Numbered from the whole stretch's first letter, positions 12,329 through 26,097 are shown. The stretch: 63,346 nucleotides of DNA, filler included, from Rhabdomonas costata (GCA_019059605.1; 53 parts of 53 records of this genome joined end to end with filler, not necessarily neighbours in it); one strand, 5' to 3'. A program made the numbers and translations. The notes: generated from the letters alone by a model not told the origin.

Positions 12329-13367
12329 CTCTCTCAGTGGTCGGGTGCGGGCGGCAGGGTCGGACACCCAATGTCAGAAACCGTTTCCCTCCTCCGTCTT
12401 TTTTTTTCGGCCTTTCGATCTGAGTTGTATCTCAGACGAAGCACGAAGAACACAGTGGTATTACTTATCCCCCACACACCGATACACCGATATCTATCCG
12501 GCAGGTCGGGTTGCTGTCTACTTCCTGCCTTCTCTCGACTCTATTGATTGGTTCTCTTCAACCGCGACGGTCCCGTGTAGCAGTAGAGTTCAACGGCAAT
12601 GATTAAGGTGCCTCTTCAGAGACGCCTTCAGCGGTCCTTCGAAATGATGTCCAGACCCAAACCATTGGGTGGGGTGAAGCTGCTCCTCAATGGTTCGGAC
12701 CAAGAATTGGCCTTGCACCCGGGAAAAGGACAGTGAGGTGACCTCGGATACAAAGCTACACAGATGTAACTGTGGCAGTTGGGACCATTCTGAGAAAACC
12801 CATAAAAACGCTTCACACGAAATAGTGTGAAACCAGTGGTTGCAATGGAACTCCCTTTCTGATAACGGGCCCGTCGTGGCAGCGAATGAATACCCCAAAT
12901 GACAGAGTCTAGGAGTCGGCAAAGTTTGAACTTGTAAAAGAAAACCTCGCCCACCCCGCCCACAGAAAAAAGCTGAAAGAAGTATTGACGCAAAGCTCAG
13001 GTCAAATTGCCATTCCACATCTTACTAGCGTACGTCTTCCGCGCATGTTCTGCAGTGCAGTGATTATTATACTTNNNNNNNNNNNNNNNNNNNNNNNNNN
13101 NNNNNNNNNNNNNNNNNNTTAATTAATTAANNNNNNNNNNNNNNNNNNNNNNNNNNNNNNNNNNNNNNNNNNNNTTTGTTTTGTGCTGACCAACGTGACA
13201 GCACTGCGGCACAAAGGTTATTGCAGTAGCGGGGGTCAGCACAAAACAGCTTTTACGAGAAGAAACACAGGAAAACCAGTGTCGATGGCAAAAGGTTAAC
13301 ACATAAGGCTAGCTCATCCCGAGAAAACTTTGGGAGCTCGCAAAAACGGTCCCTCCAATCCCAAGAC

Positions 13368-13685
13368 GGCTAGAGTGACGGCTTGGGGCTCATATTGGTT
13401 GGTACGCTAATACTCGTGAGATGAGTTGGTTGGCCGCTTCCCGGCCTTGGACTCCTTTCCTGCGCCGAGATGGCCCCTTCAAGGTCCCATTTTGGCCCTT
13501 TAAGGGCATTTTAGACTTCTAAAATTTTCAAGGGCCCCGGGTGCACTTTTTGGACCTTTTCAGGCCTGCATACGGAGCCCAAGCTTTCGGCCGAGCGTGC
13601 TTTGCATACCTAAGGGTAGAGCCCAGGAGTACTTCCTGCTGGCACCGGAGTGGGCCGGAATGCTTCGGTTTAGACCATTTTGAGG
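13368..13685 (+). repeat. Dispersed repeat family A, copy 1
   Basis: Shares GCTAGAGTGACGG..TGGGGCTCATATT, TGAGATGAGTTGGTTGG, GGTCCCATTTTGGCCCTTT and CTGGCACCGGAGTGGGCCGGAATGCTTCGGTTT with 37707-37892. Shares AAGGGTAGAGCCCA.GAGTACTTC with 47562 onward. Confidence 0.9.
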
Positions 13686-14924
13686 GTTGTTTCTTGTGTT
13701 GCGTTGTGGTGGTCGTCCTCAACAGACGGACTCTCTTGTCAAAAGGTTGTGTGTTTGAGCCTCGCACAACGTGCAACAAAGCACAACGTTCACGGATTGT
13801 GCGATATATGGATCGCAATCATGCACCCGCTGGATCCACCACCCCAGAGACGCAGAGTTTAGTCCGGATTGGTCCACCCAGTTCTTTTGGCAAGCCCAAA
13901 CGCTACAGCCTCAAGTGCATTCAAGTGATGAGAAGATACCTGCTGTTCTTTAGCTCTATTTTCGCCCCCCCCCCCCCGCCACACAGTGGAGAGTGAATTT
14001 CAGTGGCCGAGGATCCCGTGCAAAATCGTCTGTTTCAGCCAGAAGAAGCTCAGGTTTTCTTCCGCTGGTGTTTTGGGTGACCCCCTGCGGGTCATTGCCC
14101 TCAGGACCCTCTCCGGGAGAAACAAAAGCAAAACTCTCTTCTACTCTGGCTTATCAACTCTTGATGTGTACAGCTCACAACCGTTGTCTTCAGTTGCCAG
14201 TGCCCGCTGCCACTTAGCGGGCATACGCAGCTTCAGACGATGCTATTGTTCGGCCTTTCAAAGCACCCCATNNNNNNNNNNNNNNNNNNNNNNNNNNNNN
14301 NNNNNNNNNNNNNNNTTAATTAATTAANNNNNNNNNNNNNNNNNNNNNNNNNNNNNNNNNNNNNNNNNNNNCGCTGAGAATCTCCGCAATGACCTCGTCG
14401 CGAGTGCGGTTGAAGGCCATCAAAGGAATCCCCCGCGACAGGATCCCACTCTCCTGTATCAAAACACCAAGTCTGGGATGTCTGAGTGCAGGGGGCTTGG
14501 AGCACAGGCAAATGCCGCAAGTGGGGTGCTATGTGTGAAGGTCTTGTGAAGGTCTCCCCAGCTGTCGCCACAGCAAACCAAAGGGAAGGGAAAGGGAACC
14601 CAAGGGAAAGGACCAAGCGATGCTGTTTCAATTCCAACGCTAAAAATTGAACAATGCCAACGTGGGGTCTCTTTGCCGCTATGGCTGTCCTCCTAAACCT
14701 CTCCCTTCTATTCAATCCCTTCTGCTTTGAATCATCCCCGTCAACCTTTGCACACACATGTGCAATTTATTGAATTGCCGTTGTGCTGAACAACACGCCG
14801 CTTATGCGGGTATGCCCTGTTGTCGTCACGTTCATCCCTCATTCAAAATCAGAGGCTGGAACTTATCCGTCACATTTGTTTGTGGGGAAAGCCCCACCCT
14901 CACTCAATTCCACCCAACAACATA

Positions 14925-15077
14925 GCCTTTTTCTTGAGCTCCTCCATCTGCACGTCGGCCACGGAGATCAGCGCCTCAGTTGTGGTGGCGAGCTCCGCAT
15001 TGGTCTGTCCCATGCTGCCGCACAGCGTGGGCGTAAACATGGTGTAGATTCTGGGCAAGTCCTTGCGGTGGATCACC
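14925..15077 (-). CDS. Probable internal exon, unknown protein
   Basis: After a CTCCAG acceptor: VIHRKDLPRIYTMFTPTLCGSMGQTNAELATTTEALISVADVQMEELKKK, with GC-rich third positions. No family recognised. Confidence 0.4.
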
Positions 15078-15324
15078 TGGAGACGGAGCGCCCCCCCCCT
15101 TCAGCACACAGCTGCCCCAAGCCGCGCACAGGTGGCCACCTCCGGGATCTATCTGATTGAAATCCAAGTGCAACTCCATATCCAAGGGAACCCCAGTCAA
15201 TGCGTGGGAGTTTTTGAAGCAGAAAAAAAATTCTGGTCCTAAATGCCAAAATCACCCCTCTGAATGTACTTTCAGCATCTGAGAAAGAGAAAGAGCACGT
15301 GTCAGCACACACACGCACACATAC

Positions 15325-15453
15325 TGAGTTGGGTGTACAGGGTAAACACTGGTACGGATAATGTCAGGCACCGAAGTTGGCTCGAATCCACATCGCGGTC
15401 TAAAACGCTGATCTCGATGAGGCGTTAAGATAAAGGCAACGCCGGCTCCACCC
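15325..15453. repeat. Dispersed repeat family C (SINE-like), copy 2
   Basis: Colinear with 1942-2070; preceded by CACACACACGCACACATA. Confidence 0.8.
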
Positions 15454-18362
15454 TAACCAGGACTTCACNNNNNNNNNNNNNNNNNNNNNNNNNNNNNNNN
15501 NNNNNNNNNNNNTTAATTAATTAANNNNNNNNNNNNNNNNNNNNNNNNNNNNNNNNNNNNNNNNNNNNGTTGGTGTGTGGTGTGCTGTGCGAAGTAAAAG
15601 GGAGGCACTCGCCCATAACCCACACTCTGCCTCGTACATTTGCCGTAGTGACGTCCCTCCCCTTGTTTGAACATACAGGATTGATCGCTGATGACTTCCC
15701 CCTTTTTCTCATGCGTTCCTCGATGGCGCAGCGAAACCGTCTAGTGCACTATCTTGAAAATACATTGTCGAACCCGCGGCTGTTGCAGGTGTTTGACCTT
15801 CCCGTGCTGACGGGCTTCAGGTTCCTCGGACAAAAGCAATCTAATAGTCTCCCTCCCTGTTCCCGCCCGGACAGCAAGCAAGTGTGTGCCCACGAATTCA
15901 TCCTTGTATCCTCCGGGGTCTTTCAACTGCACTCTTTCGGCAAGGCGAAAGACCTCCAAAAGTGGATTTATGCGAAATGTACGAAAGCACCCAGCATCTG
16001 GGATCCAAGACATCCTTAAAAAACGCCCGCAGACCAGTATCCCCCGGAAAGCCAACAATTGGAATATTGGAATACCAGGGGACATTTGCATCGCCCTCTC
16101 AGTGGAAACAAAGGACATTTCCCCCCCCCTAAAAAAAACATATGAGAGGGAAGCGGAACACATGACCGGGGGGTGGGGTGACAACCCAGTATGTGGCAGG
16201 CATACTCCAGTTCTTCCAACCACAGCTTGAGCTTGCCGCAAAGCTTGTCCTCGTCTTGCGATTCCAACTGAACGCAAAGCAAAATAAAATCCCTCTTCCA
16301 TCGGATCAGAGCCTTATCCTGATTGCACCAGTTGGCTTCTTTTCGAACTTCTGATGAGTCCGAAAAGCTCGCGTAATGAAAAAAGGCTGTTTAAAGCGAA
16401 GTGAAGAATATTGGTTTTAAACCTTACCTTCCTTGCTAAGATTTCATCGCTTCAGCGCAGCAAAAATACTCACTACACCCAACTATCCAAGAAGGACACC
16501 TTAGCAAGAGCCCATAGACCGAGGTGGTGAGGGTGGCGTCCCTCAACCGACCTCGCTCTAAAGAATTCGGAACAGCATATCTCCCCCACCCCCGGCCTCT
16601 TCATGGACACCTGATACTTCCGCAGTGCTTTGAGCTCCAGTTTGAGTTTCTTCATATTCCACTCCNNNNNNNNNNNNNNNNNNNNNNNNNNNNNNNNNNN
16701 NNNNNNNNNTTAATTAATTAANNNNNNNNNNNNNNNNNNNNNNNNNNNNNNNNNNNNNNNNNNNNCTGGCCTTGATGAAGGTCTCGCAGGGAGGGAAGAA
16801 GGCCATGTTGCGGAGAGCCCTAACCCGGGGCCTTTCCGGGAGATAGGGCTGGCCGTCTCTTTACTGTCCCGCTGCGGGGAACATGTGTGTGTGTTGGGTT
16901 TCCCAGGGACATGTGGAACAGGTGAAGCACAGGTAGATGCATCCAGGTCACGGTTTTTTCTTGCTTCCTGGGCCACTCTGTGAAGTCGACTCACAGGGCT
17001 TTCGGGCGAAAAGGGACACCACCCCGAATTGTGTGGAGGATATTGTTTACGGACTGTCGGCTGCATAAGGGCATTTGCTGTGAGGAACAACCCGGGCGAC
17101 ATCGATTTAAAACACACACCAGGGCCTTCCGCGTGAGATGGTCTGCGTCGTGGTCCCGAGTAATGAAACGGATGTCTGGCCGATGCTTTTGCCTTGGCGG
17201 CGGCGCTCTCGTATTCTTCTCGACAATTATCTCGATTATCGCGATGAGGGGTGTTCAGGGGATGTCAGTTTCCCCCGCTCATATCGGCAGAATACTTCTA
17301 AGTCTCTTACTGCGTTTCGCTGAGTCTGGGGCCTGCTGCCTTTCCATGGAGGGACGCCGCGAATCCTTTGCTTCTCCCTGCCCCGCCGCCCCAACTTGTT
17401 TGCACTGCCATGCGTGTCATAATGGGAGGGACTTCTTGGTGTCACCCTAGCCAGCGCTCCTCACTTGACCGACGGAAAACTGAGTATTTTTTATTAGGAC
17501 GCACGTTTCTGAATGGGACGAAGACACCCACCAGTTGCACAAAAGCGGCGGTCAGCTTATGCCGATAAAGCAAGGACTTCTACCGGTAGTCAACCGAATG
17601 CCTCGCTGATGGACACAATTTGACCACCACCGATGCCGTGAGTGACCTGCTGTTTGACGCCACACCGTACGGACTAATTCACTACATCAATGACATATTG
17701 CACTGAACCCACACGGCTCACTCATACATCTTACGCTAAGGCCGAAAGCCCAAAATAGGGACAGCACCCACCAAAACCGAAGTCGGCATTCCGAGGAAGC
17801 ACCACGAGAGAGAGTGCAACATCAACGGGAGCGAGGGAGGCAGGGAACAAAAGAGATGGGCCNNNNNNNNNNNNNNNNNNNNNNNNNNNNNNNNNNNNNN
17901 NNNNNNTTAATTAATTAANNNNNNNNNNNNNNNNNNNNNNNNNNNNNNNNNNNNNNNNNNNNGTTTTTTGGGTGCAATAGTGCACTTTCGTTTCTTGCGT
18001 GGTGTGTTTTGACGTTTTTTTTTGCGGGCTTTTCAGCACAGCTACGCTGCATTATAGGTTCCAATGGCATGTTTTAACGTGTAGAAGGCCTATTAGCGGC
18101 GGTAATATTGGCTTTTTCAGGCTTATGTGAAGGGCTAGACATTTTCGGCCTGTTTTTGCACGATGCCCAACGTATTTTGTTCGATGCCCACCACGTGGTC
18201 CGTTAGTTTTGACGTTACCCAGCATTATATAAAGGTCTAATTATCTGTAGCCCTTTATACAATACTGCCATTTTTTGTGCAATTTTGGTTTGAGTCCAAG
18301 GTTTTCGTCTTTTGGGGGGGGGGGTTCGTTCTGCAAAATCCATCCATTCACATCCAACTCAG

Positions 18363-18800
18363 GTGAACGATGCCCTGGCATTCCATGAGTTTGGCCGCAT
18401 GAGTTTCCAGGTCGCCGACGCAGCATTGACATTAGGGCTTCTGGAAGGTGCGCCTCGCGGGTTCTCAGGGCTGACGGTGTACAAGTCGTACCTGGTGCTG
18501 CAGATCGAGGCCGCCGCACAGCCCGACCGCATGAGGACCCGCCTGAGGCTTGCGGCCTCTCCTCCCGAGGAGGGCACGGAGCAGGGCCCCAGGGAGGAGG
18601 AGGCCCGCGGGAATCCGGTGGGGGGTACCCTCCCCACCTCTTGCACGGCTGTTTCCTCGGGGGAGCCTCTCCGGGGGCTGCCCTCTAGCTCGGTGGAAGC
18701 CGCGCCCTCGGCCTCAGCGCTGCTGCACCGCAGAGAGTCCATGATCGCTCTTCACCGCGTGGCCAGCCAGCCCTCCATCGCGAAGGCATCCCTTCTTCTA
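18363..18800 (+). CDS. Probable exon, hypothetical protein
   Basis: CTCAG acceptor, then a GC-rich open frame (VNDALAFHEFGRMSFQVADAALTLGLLEG...). 3' boundary uncertain. Confidence 0.4.
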
Positions 18801-20857
18801 CCTCCTTCCCCATGCTCTTGGCAGTGCGCGGAGGGACGGGAGAAATTGGGTATCTTGGATTTCACGGAGGACATTATCATGAGGGTGCGGACCAGTCCGC
18901 ATAACAACTCACCCCGCCCCCTTTTTTTTCCCTTTGCTCCTCATTTAAAAGGAAAATGATCATTCCTGGCGTTCTGGTATGCATTTCTCCATTTCTCTGC
19001 CTTCAACCCTCCACTGCGAACTAGCAGGTCCCATACTCCCAGTACACCCCACCCCACNNNNNNNNNNNNNNNNNNNNNNNNNNNNNNNNNNNNNNNNNNN
19101 NTTAATTAATTAANNNNNNNNNNNNNNNNNNNNNNNNNNNNNNNNNNNNNNNNNNNNGGTTTGTGATGTCAAAAATATGGATAATACCGGATCCTGTATG
19201 GGTTCTGCAGACAAAGCAAATAAAGCGCCTCCAACAAAAAGTATTAGAAAGGAAACTTGACTCTACGTCAAAAGCCCCATCAAGCGGTGATCAGGCGTCC
19301 CTCCGGGGATTCCCACCGGAAGAGGAGTGACACTACCAACACCTTTCTGGGTTCGTGCAACTTGTCCTGATAAGCTGTTGCTCAAGAGTGGAGAAAGCAC
19401 CTGAGTTCGAGCCAATACACCGAAAAGCCGTTGCCATTAAGTGCAAGTATCAGAGCGGTGACCCACACGGAGGGCAAAGGAAACGCAACCAGGGGCACAC
19501 CCGCCTCACCGCAGCGCCCGCAACTCCACCGGAACCACGGAGGCCGTCCTGGGGCCCTCCCACATCGGCTGGAAGGGCGGAGTATCTCCCACCACCCGGC
19601 CCAGAGAGGATCGACCCCACAACCGCTTCATCCTCGTCATCATCCACAGCGTCCAGCTTGACATACTTCCTCCGCAGCATTGGAGTGAGCCACAGACACC
19701 GTATCTACCACCCCTCAAGGAAGGGGAAGGGTGCGGTGGACAAAAAAAGGGAAAAAAAAGAGGCGCCGAATACAAACGAACCCAGCGACCCTCACGAAGG
19801 AGAGCAACCCTATAAGGAAATAGCATGACACCGAGAGAACAGGTGCCCAGTTCGACGAAGGTCATGCACAAAGATGTACAGCCCCCAGCAAAGCGGCGGG
19901 GGTGCAATGGGCTTGCCATCAGGTGCCCGCAGGGCGTGGATGCACATAACCTAAGGCACGCGATTCTCGGATTCTCAGACCAGAACAAGAAGGGCACATC
20001 GTGGATCGTGGATGCCTCGGGATCTGCTAGCACACGCAAGGCCATGACTGAAAACACGTTTACTTACAGCATATTGCCATCGACACATTCAGTCACTTAC
20101 AAAATCGGTTAGCAGATTTGTCGATTCCAGGCATTCTCATCTACATATCGACTGTCTGGCACAAGGAGATTGCCCAGGACTTTCCAGCCGTTAAACAGCG
20201 GGACCCCTTTCCAACAGTTAAACAATGAAACAACCCACCAAACCAAACACACAGNNNNNNNNNNNNNNNNNNNNNNNNNNNNNNNNNNNNNNNNNNNNTT
20301 AATTAATTAANNNNNNNNNNNNNNNNNNNNNNNNNNNNNNNNNNNNNNNNNNNNGGGTGTGGGAGAGGTTTTACCGAGTAGGATGATGCTTTGTTTGCTT
20401 TGGGATTTGGGGTGCAACATCAGGTGCCTTCCTCCGCGCCAAGTCCCTCGAAGAAACTCGCAAACGGTGGGAATACTTGCCAGGTGCTTTGCTTTGCTTT
20501 TGCAATTCTCCTCCACTTTCCATTGTTTCGCCCTTTGCCTTTCTCTGCCTCTGACCTTCGGTAGCTTTCTGCGGTTTCCGTGTATTTTTTTTTTTGGGGG
20601 GGGGCTTGAATGGATGTCTGGTAACAGTAATGAGAGGGTGTGCGTGTATTTGCGGATGTCATGCTAGTCTCCTTCCCCCCTGTTTGCGCTTACCCCTTCT
20701 CCAGCACCACTGCTGCTCCTGCTGCACCCTGGCCCCCTCTGAGCCCACTCCAACCTGCACCCAGTGCCACCACACCCACCACACCTACGCCCACACCCGC
20801 CTGCCCACCTGCGGTCCCGCAGCGATCCCTGTGCCCAGCATCCACCTTCCTCTCCAG

Positions 20858-21232
20858 TTCGACACATGTGCCTCAGGGTGCCACCCCTCCCTGTGTGTGG
20901 ATCCCGGGACCCTCCGAGTGGTCTCCAAGGCCCCGGGAAGCTTCGGCCTGGGCACCGTCCGGGTGGTGCCTGGGGTGCCCCCGGGGGTGCTGTGGCGGGT
21001 AGAGTTCCGGGTGCACCGCGCTCAGAACGTCTTCCTGGGGGTACTTCCCCGGGGGCAGGGGCAGGCCCTGGACCGGTTGGGGATGTGGCCGGGAAGCACT
21101 GCCGCGCCCGAGGGGTGGAGTGTGGACCAGTTCGGGAACTCCTGGACGCAGGGGCGGTGCCAGGCCTTGGAGACCTCCGGAGCCAGCCGATGCGTCTCGG
21201 GGTTCAAGGCCGGGGACCTGGTCTCTGTGGAG
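20858..21232 (+). CDS. SPRY/B30.2-like domain exon
   Basis: 375-nt AG..GT-bounded exon: FDTCASGCHPSLCVD...WRVEFRVHRAQNVFLGV...LG...EGWSVDQFGNSWTQG...GFKAGDLVSVE. Matches the SPRY pattern (WEV, xGV, LG, SW, F..GD.V.V). Confidence 0.8.
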
Positions 21233-21551
21233 GTACGCCCTCGATGTGCACCCGTAGACACACTCCCTCTCATCTAATCCTCATCTGAGTGCATGGAGTG
21301 CATCAAAGCAGCAACAAGAGCCATGTTGGGCAAACAGGTATTGACACGATGGCACCCGCACGTACCCTCCATTCGCAGCAGGCGAAATATTGCTTTATCG
21401 TGTTGAGGACGACTTGACCCCTCGCACCTCCTCGATTACCGAGTCCGATCTNNNNNNNNNNNNNNNNNNNNNNNNNNNNNNNNNNNNNNNNNNNNTTAAT
21501 TAATTAANNNNNNNNNNNNNNNNNNNNNNNNNNNNNNNNNNNNNNNNNNNN

Positions 21552-21971
21552 GGGGTGACGTCAGGAGGAACGTAGCGAGGGACTCGAGCGGAGTGACGAC
21601 CAGGGAACGAGGAACGAACGCAGTGAGTGACGAGAGACAGAAACCCAATACCCAACAGCCGGAGGAACATGAGCGGAGCGAAGCGTAGCGATTGTGACGA
21701 CCAAGAACAGGAGCTAGGAACATGAGCGTAGCGATTGTGACGAAGCGACCAGGATACAGCCATTGAGAACATGAGGACATTGAGGAGCGCAGCGACGATA
21801 GGACGATTGTGAACCGGTGAGTGGAAGCGCGTAGCGGTGGAACGAACCATCATCAGAGGAAGCATTCGAAGGACTGAGAATGCTGACGTCTTGAAGAGGA
21901 GGAACGTACCGACTCATGTCGGGGAGTGACGACGTCTGAGTTCTGAGTTCATGCTGAGTTCTGAGTTCATG
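21552..21971. repeat. Purine-rich region of shuffled short direct repeats
   Basis: GCGTAGCGATTGTGACGA x2, GAACATGAG x3, and a tandem 18-mer CTGAGTTCTGAGTTCATG x2 at 21936-21971. Confidence 0.7.
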
Positions 21972-22749
21972 CATTCACTCTTCCTCTTCTGAGTTGGGTT
22001 GTGAGTGAAGGCACCTTATGGTGGCGGAACGAACAGCATCAACACGTGTCTCTACGTTCGCTTCTCCACCATAGGGTGCTTACGCTCACTCTGACCTTTG
22101 CTTCGGCCATGAACCCACGGGCTGACTTCGGTGGGTTGCTGGGCGTGGATGGCTTGGATGTGCCAATGCCCATAACCACTAGGATGACAGCACACACACC
22201 CTACGCACCAACATCCTCCCTCGACACAAGAAGCGGTGACACTCCTACGCGAAGAGAGAAGAGATGAGGCATTGGGAGTATGCCCTGACACCACAGCACG
22301 GAGGATGGCAACGACAGCATCGGACATACAACAGGACATGCCCTTACTGTGCTGACCACCACACCGGTAGTGGTTGGCTCAACATCAACATCGGGTCACA
22401 ACAACAGCATCCAAGGTTGGGTGTACGAGGGATGATGATGCTATGACCGTTGTTGAAGCCGTCACGAAGGGCAGAGTCCACCACACCATCCTGACCCAAC
22501 GCAGAGGAATTACGTGGTTGTAACGCCACGACCCATGCAGAGGGTTGGATGCCATGGCTTTACCACAACATGACATCACCCCTTGAAGCGGAGGACTGAC
22601 AGGGTTGTAACGCCCATGCCGACTCAACAAGAGATGACACCATGCCATGNNNNNNNNNNNNNNNNNNNNNNNNNNNNNNNNNNNNNNNNNNNNTTAATTA
22701 ATTAANNNNNNNNNNNNNNNNNNNNNNNNNNNNNNNNNNNNNNNNNNNN

Positions 22750-23060
22750 GGGTGGTGGTTGAGAATGCCGCGGATTTTGAAGAAAATTACTTCGAATTGA
22801 ATCTTCCAGACTTTCTAGATCGAGTTGAAGAATCAAAAGGGGCTTTGGATGTGCTTTGTGGCTTCTTAACCTGACGTGTTGGAATAGGAGTTTGATGATT
22901 GCGTAACGCACTGGGTTGAATGGTTGTGTGTTCAATTTCCTCTTTCTTGCATTTGTTTGGTGTTTTGGTTGTACGGGTTGAGTTTGTAGGTTGCCGCGCA
23001 AGATGTGTTGTAAAGGTTTGGGCTGTGGAGCTGTGTATCCTAAGTTGTGCGTGGTTTGGC
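22750..23060 (-). pseudogene. Degenerate non-LTR (LINE) reverse transcriptase remnant
   Basis: NTQPFNPVRYAIIKLLFQHVRLRSHKAHPKPLLILQLDLESLEDSIRSNFL resembles QxGFxPxRS...KPLxILxLDxxKAFDSIxHxFL. Confidence 0.45.
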
Positions 23061-25881
23061 TAGACATTTGCCTTAATTCGTACTGTTTGGCTGTTGCTGT
23101 GCTCACCTTGCTTCTACGCACAAGCCGACAATAATGGAAAGCTTTGAAAGTCCAAAGGGCACACTCACACACCCCTGAAGTGCGCGTGTTTGTTAGAAGG
23201 GGCGAAGCCAAATCACACCACAGGCATCAGGCAGTCAAAAGCACACCCTCCACGCGGAAGGGCAATGCCCACACGCAGGCAATTTGCCAAGAGGGTTGTG
23301 TTTTGGAGTTGAAGCTTGCGCTCTCTCGAACCATTGTAGCCCCGCCACCACAGCAGGAAGAGAAAGCACCACAACCGTCAGGTCACCGAAGAAAAGCGGA
23401 GTCGCGAAGGACCATCTCCGCGCCGCGAAAGGCGGCTGAGTGTAATCAAAGCCAGGTACTTTGTGTGAGCCCCGGCAGCGCCCAACGCGCATCACAGACG
23501 TTCGGGAAGCGGTGAGCCTTAAGCCGGGTCCGCAGTCCTGTGAACCCACCGGGACAGGTAATGTCCATGCAGAAGGCTGGGTGGTAGCAGAGTATTGGTT
23601 GGAAAACACCCTGTGCGGTGCAAAGCCAGTAGCGCTTTTTGTCGCGACACGTCTTCGCGTTGTAGTAGAGTCTATTGTGGAGACGTTTCGTACGAGTCAA
23701 GTTCGTATAAGACCGCATGACGCAGGGAGCCTGCCAGCGAAACGCAAAGCGTTGGTCGCATTGATTGGTATAAGGCGGAGAGAGGACCTGCTCGTACAGG
23801 GTGTGTGTTGTGTACCTGATCCGAATATACCCAACACACACAAACCCNNNNNNNNNNNNNNNNNNNNNNNNNNNNNNNNNNNNNNNNNNNNTTAATTAAT
23901 TAANNNNNNNNNNNNNNNNNNNNNNNNNNNNNNNNNNNNNNNNNNNNGAAGCGGTCAGAGGTAGAAGTGTGGATTTACGGTCTTCAGAGTTCTCTGTGAG
24001 CGTGAGAAATGATTCCTTTGGCTTACATCTCGCGTGATTCTGCAAATCAGTACCCTTGTTGATTACCCTGACTCCTCAATCCCGACCAAGAATTACAGGC
24101 TGGCTGCACTGCTGTTCTTCTTTTCCCACCTGCACGCCTTTTCCCAGGCAACCTTTGCTTTTTCACTCACCTTGTTGCCCCCCTCCCGCTCCACGTTCAA
24201 GGCTTCTGGGCATTTTGCCTGGGCCATGACTGTGAATGTTAGTGTGCTGTGAATGTGGCGTGCCGTGCTGTGAGATGATCGGGGCGACCCGCCATCCGCT
24301 GCCCTAACTGGCACGCTGTGCTGACCGCGAGCGAAGTTTGGAAATTGGGGTTCACCTTTGCTGACCTTCAGTGATCTTGGGACCTTTGATCTGAGCGGTG
24401 GTGCACCGCTTTCCGCTGTGCGGCGAAGAGAGGGTGAAAAATGGCCCACTTGTTCTCGCGCTCGGGGCGCCCCAATGGGGCCCCCGCTCCGCAGTTCACC
24501 CCGAAAATTACTCCCTGGACGGAGTACTACATTGCCAGGTTGCCATTCTCGTTTTTGCGCGTACCTTTGTGTGCTAAGGGGCGTGTCATGTGGTTGCGGT
24601 TATGCTGCAAAGAGACTGCCAACAGGACCCTCAGAGGGCTCAGAGCGCTCACAGGTAAACGTGTGTCTTGATTTTCTCGATTTTACATTGCGTTTTACAT
24701 AGCAATGGCTCAAAACAAGTTTGAGGGCGTTGGGTATTCTTTGGTAAGTTCCTGTAGTTGAGCCTCCTCATTTACCAGTTGACGAGAGATCTTCACGGAG
24801 ACCTGGGACAGGTTCCGGGTCACACAAGAGTTTTGACAAGACAGTGAGTAATAGCAGTATCCTGGTAATAGCAGTATCAGTCTTGGTGCCACTGCTGTTT
24901 TTGAATTTCACTGCCAACGATGATTAATACCGCCCTTGAACTTGAATGACACTTTAAGAACGCTCTTCCCTTGCCGTCCATTTCCGTGCTCGCCCGCGAT
25001 ACCACCCATGTTGGGGAAAACCCTTCAATGTCTGGACTGTTGGGNNNNNNNNNNNNNNNNNNNNNNNNNNNNNNNNNNNNNNNNNNNNTTAATTAATTAA
25101 NNNNNNNNNNNNNNNNNNNNNNNNNNNNNNNNNNNNNNNNNNNNTTGTTGGTGTGTTTGGGGTGGGTGGGTGCCTTTTTTTTTGCTTCGGTCGTGTGTGG
25201 ACTTCATTTTGCGTTGGTCAGGATACTGGGAAGGTACTTTGGGGTAGAAAATGGGTTGGAATGTTCTTCTTCTTCCTTTGAGGTTCGATTTAATTGCTCT
25301 TTCCGTCGTTGTTGTAAAGGGACCGTCAACTGGCTCTGAGCTGGTTGCGATGAACCCCCTTCTTATCAGCAGTGGGCTCATGCTTGCCCCACAAGTGCAA
25401 AACCAATTGTATTCCGGGTGTTTCTTAGTATTCTGGGTAAGGGGATCAGCAACAACCATCCCTTCAAGCAGCTCAAGCCCAGGCCCGGGGATGACGACGA
25501 CCCTCACGTCTTCATTACTGCTCCAACGGAGGAGGTCTCCGCCTTTGCTTTGCTTGCACCGGGATGCGCCGCCGTAGTAGACCTCGTTTGGTTTTCAGAC
25601 TTTATTTTGAGGTGAGTCGCCATTGACCCAAGAGCAAAAAAAATATTGTGCCGAATTCAAGCCGTGCAGGTGACAGCGCAGGTGTGCTGGATTCCAAAAT
25701 GGTTGAAAAACGCAGGTATCAAAATATCAACGATGTACTTTTTGTGTGCTCCATTTCGTCGTTTTCCTGGACAAGCCCATCGGGCAAGTGCGGTTTTGGA
25801 ACTGGTGCTGGCTCTTCTGCACACTGTCTTTGTGTTCCTGTGTGCGTGTGTGTTGTTTCAGCGGAGTGAACTTAGAAGCGA

Positions 25882-26097
25882 GAGACGGAAAGAGCGGAGA
25901 AAGCGACAGTGGGACACCACGGGGCACCACGGGTAAGAATGTGCGCAGTGGACATGGGAGCAAGAGAGAAAAAGGAGAACGGCGCCCACAGCAGCAGTGG
26001 GAGCAACAAAGACGCAGCAACAAAGAGAGGAGTGCAGCCGAAATGGGTGGCGGTAGGTGAGGCACAGGTGGGTCCGATGCCGTGGAAACAAAGCGAC
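25882..26097 (-). repeat. Dispersed repeat family B, copy 2
   Basis: Reverse complement is colinear with 1345-1555. Confidence 0.85.

Noticed and set aside
15600-16300. Possible degenerate LINE C-terminal Zn-knuckle region on the minus strand
   Set aside because: Similarity is too weak and is interrupted by stops.
16336-16386. CTGATGAGTCCGAAA as a hammerhead ribozyme core
   Set aside because: Stem II does not close and stem I cannot form in either type I or type III topology.
17130-17240. Minus-strand HRPDI as a restriction-like endonuclease motif of a LINE
   Set aside because: No downstream D/E-V motif or upstream CCHC knuckle found.
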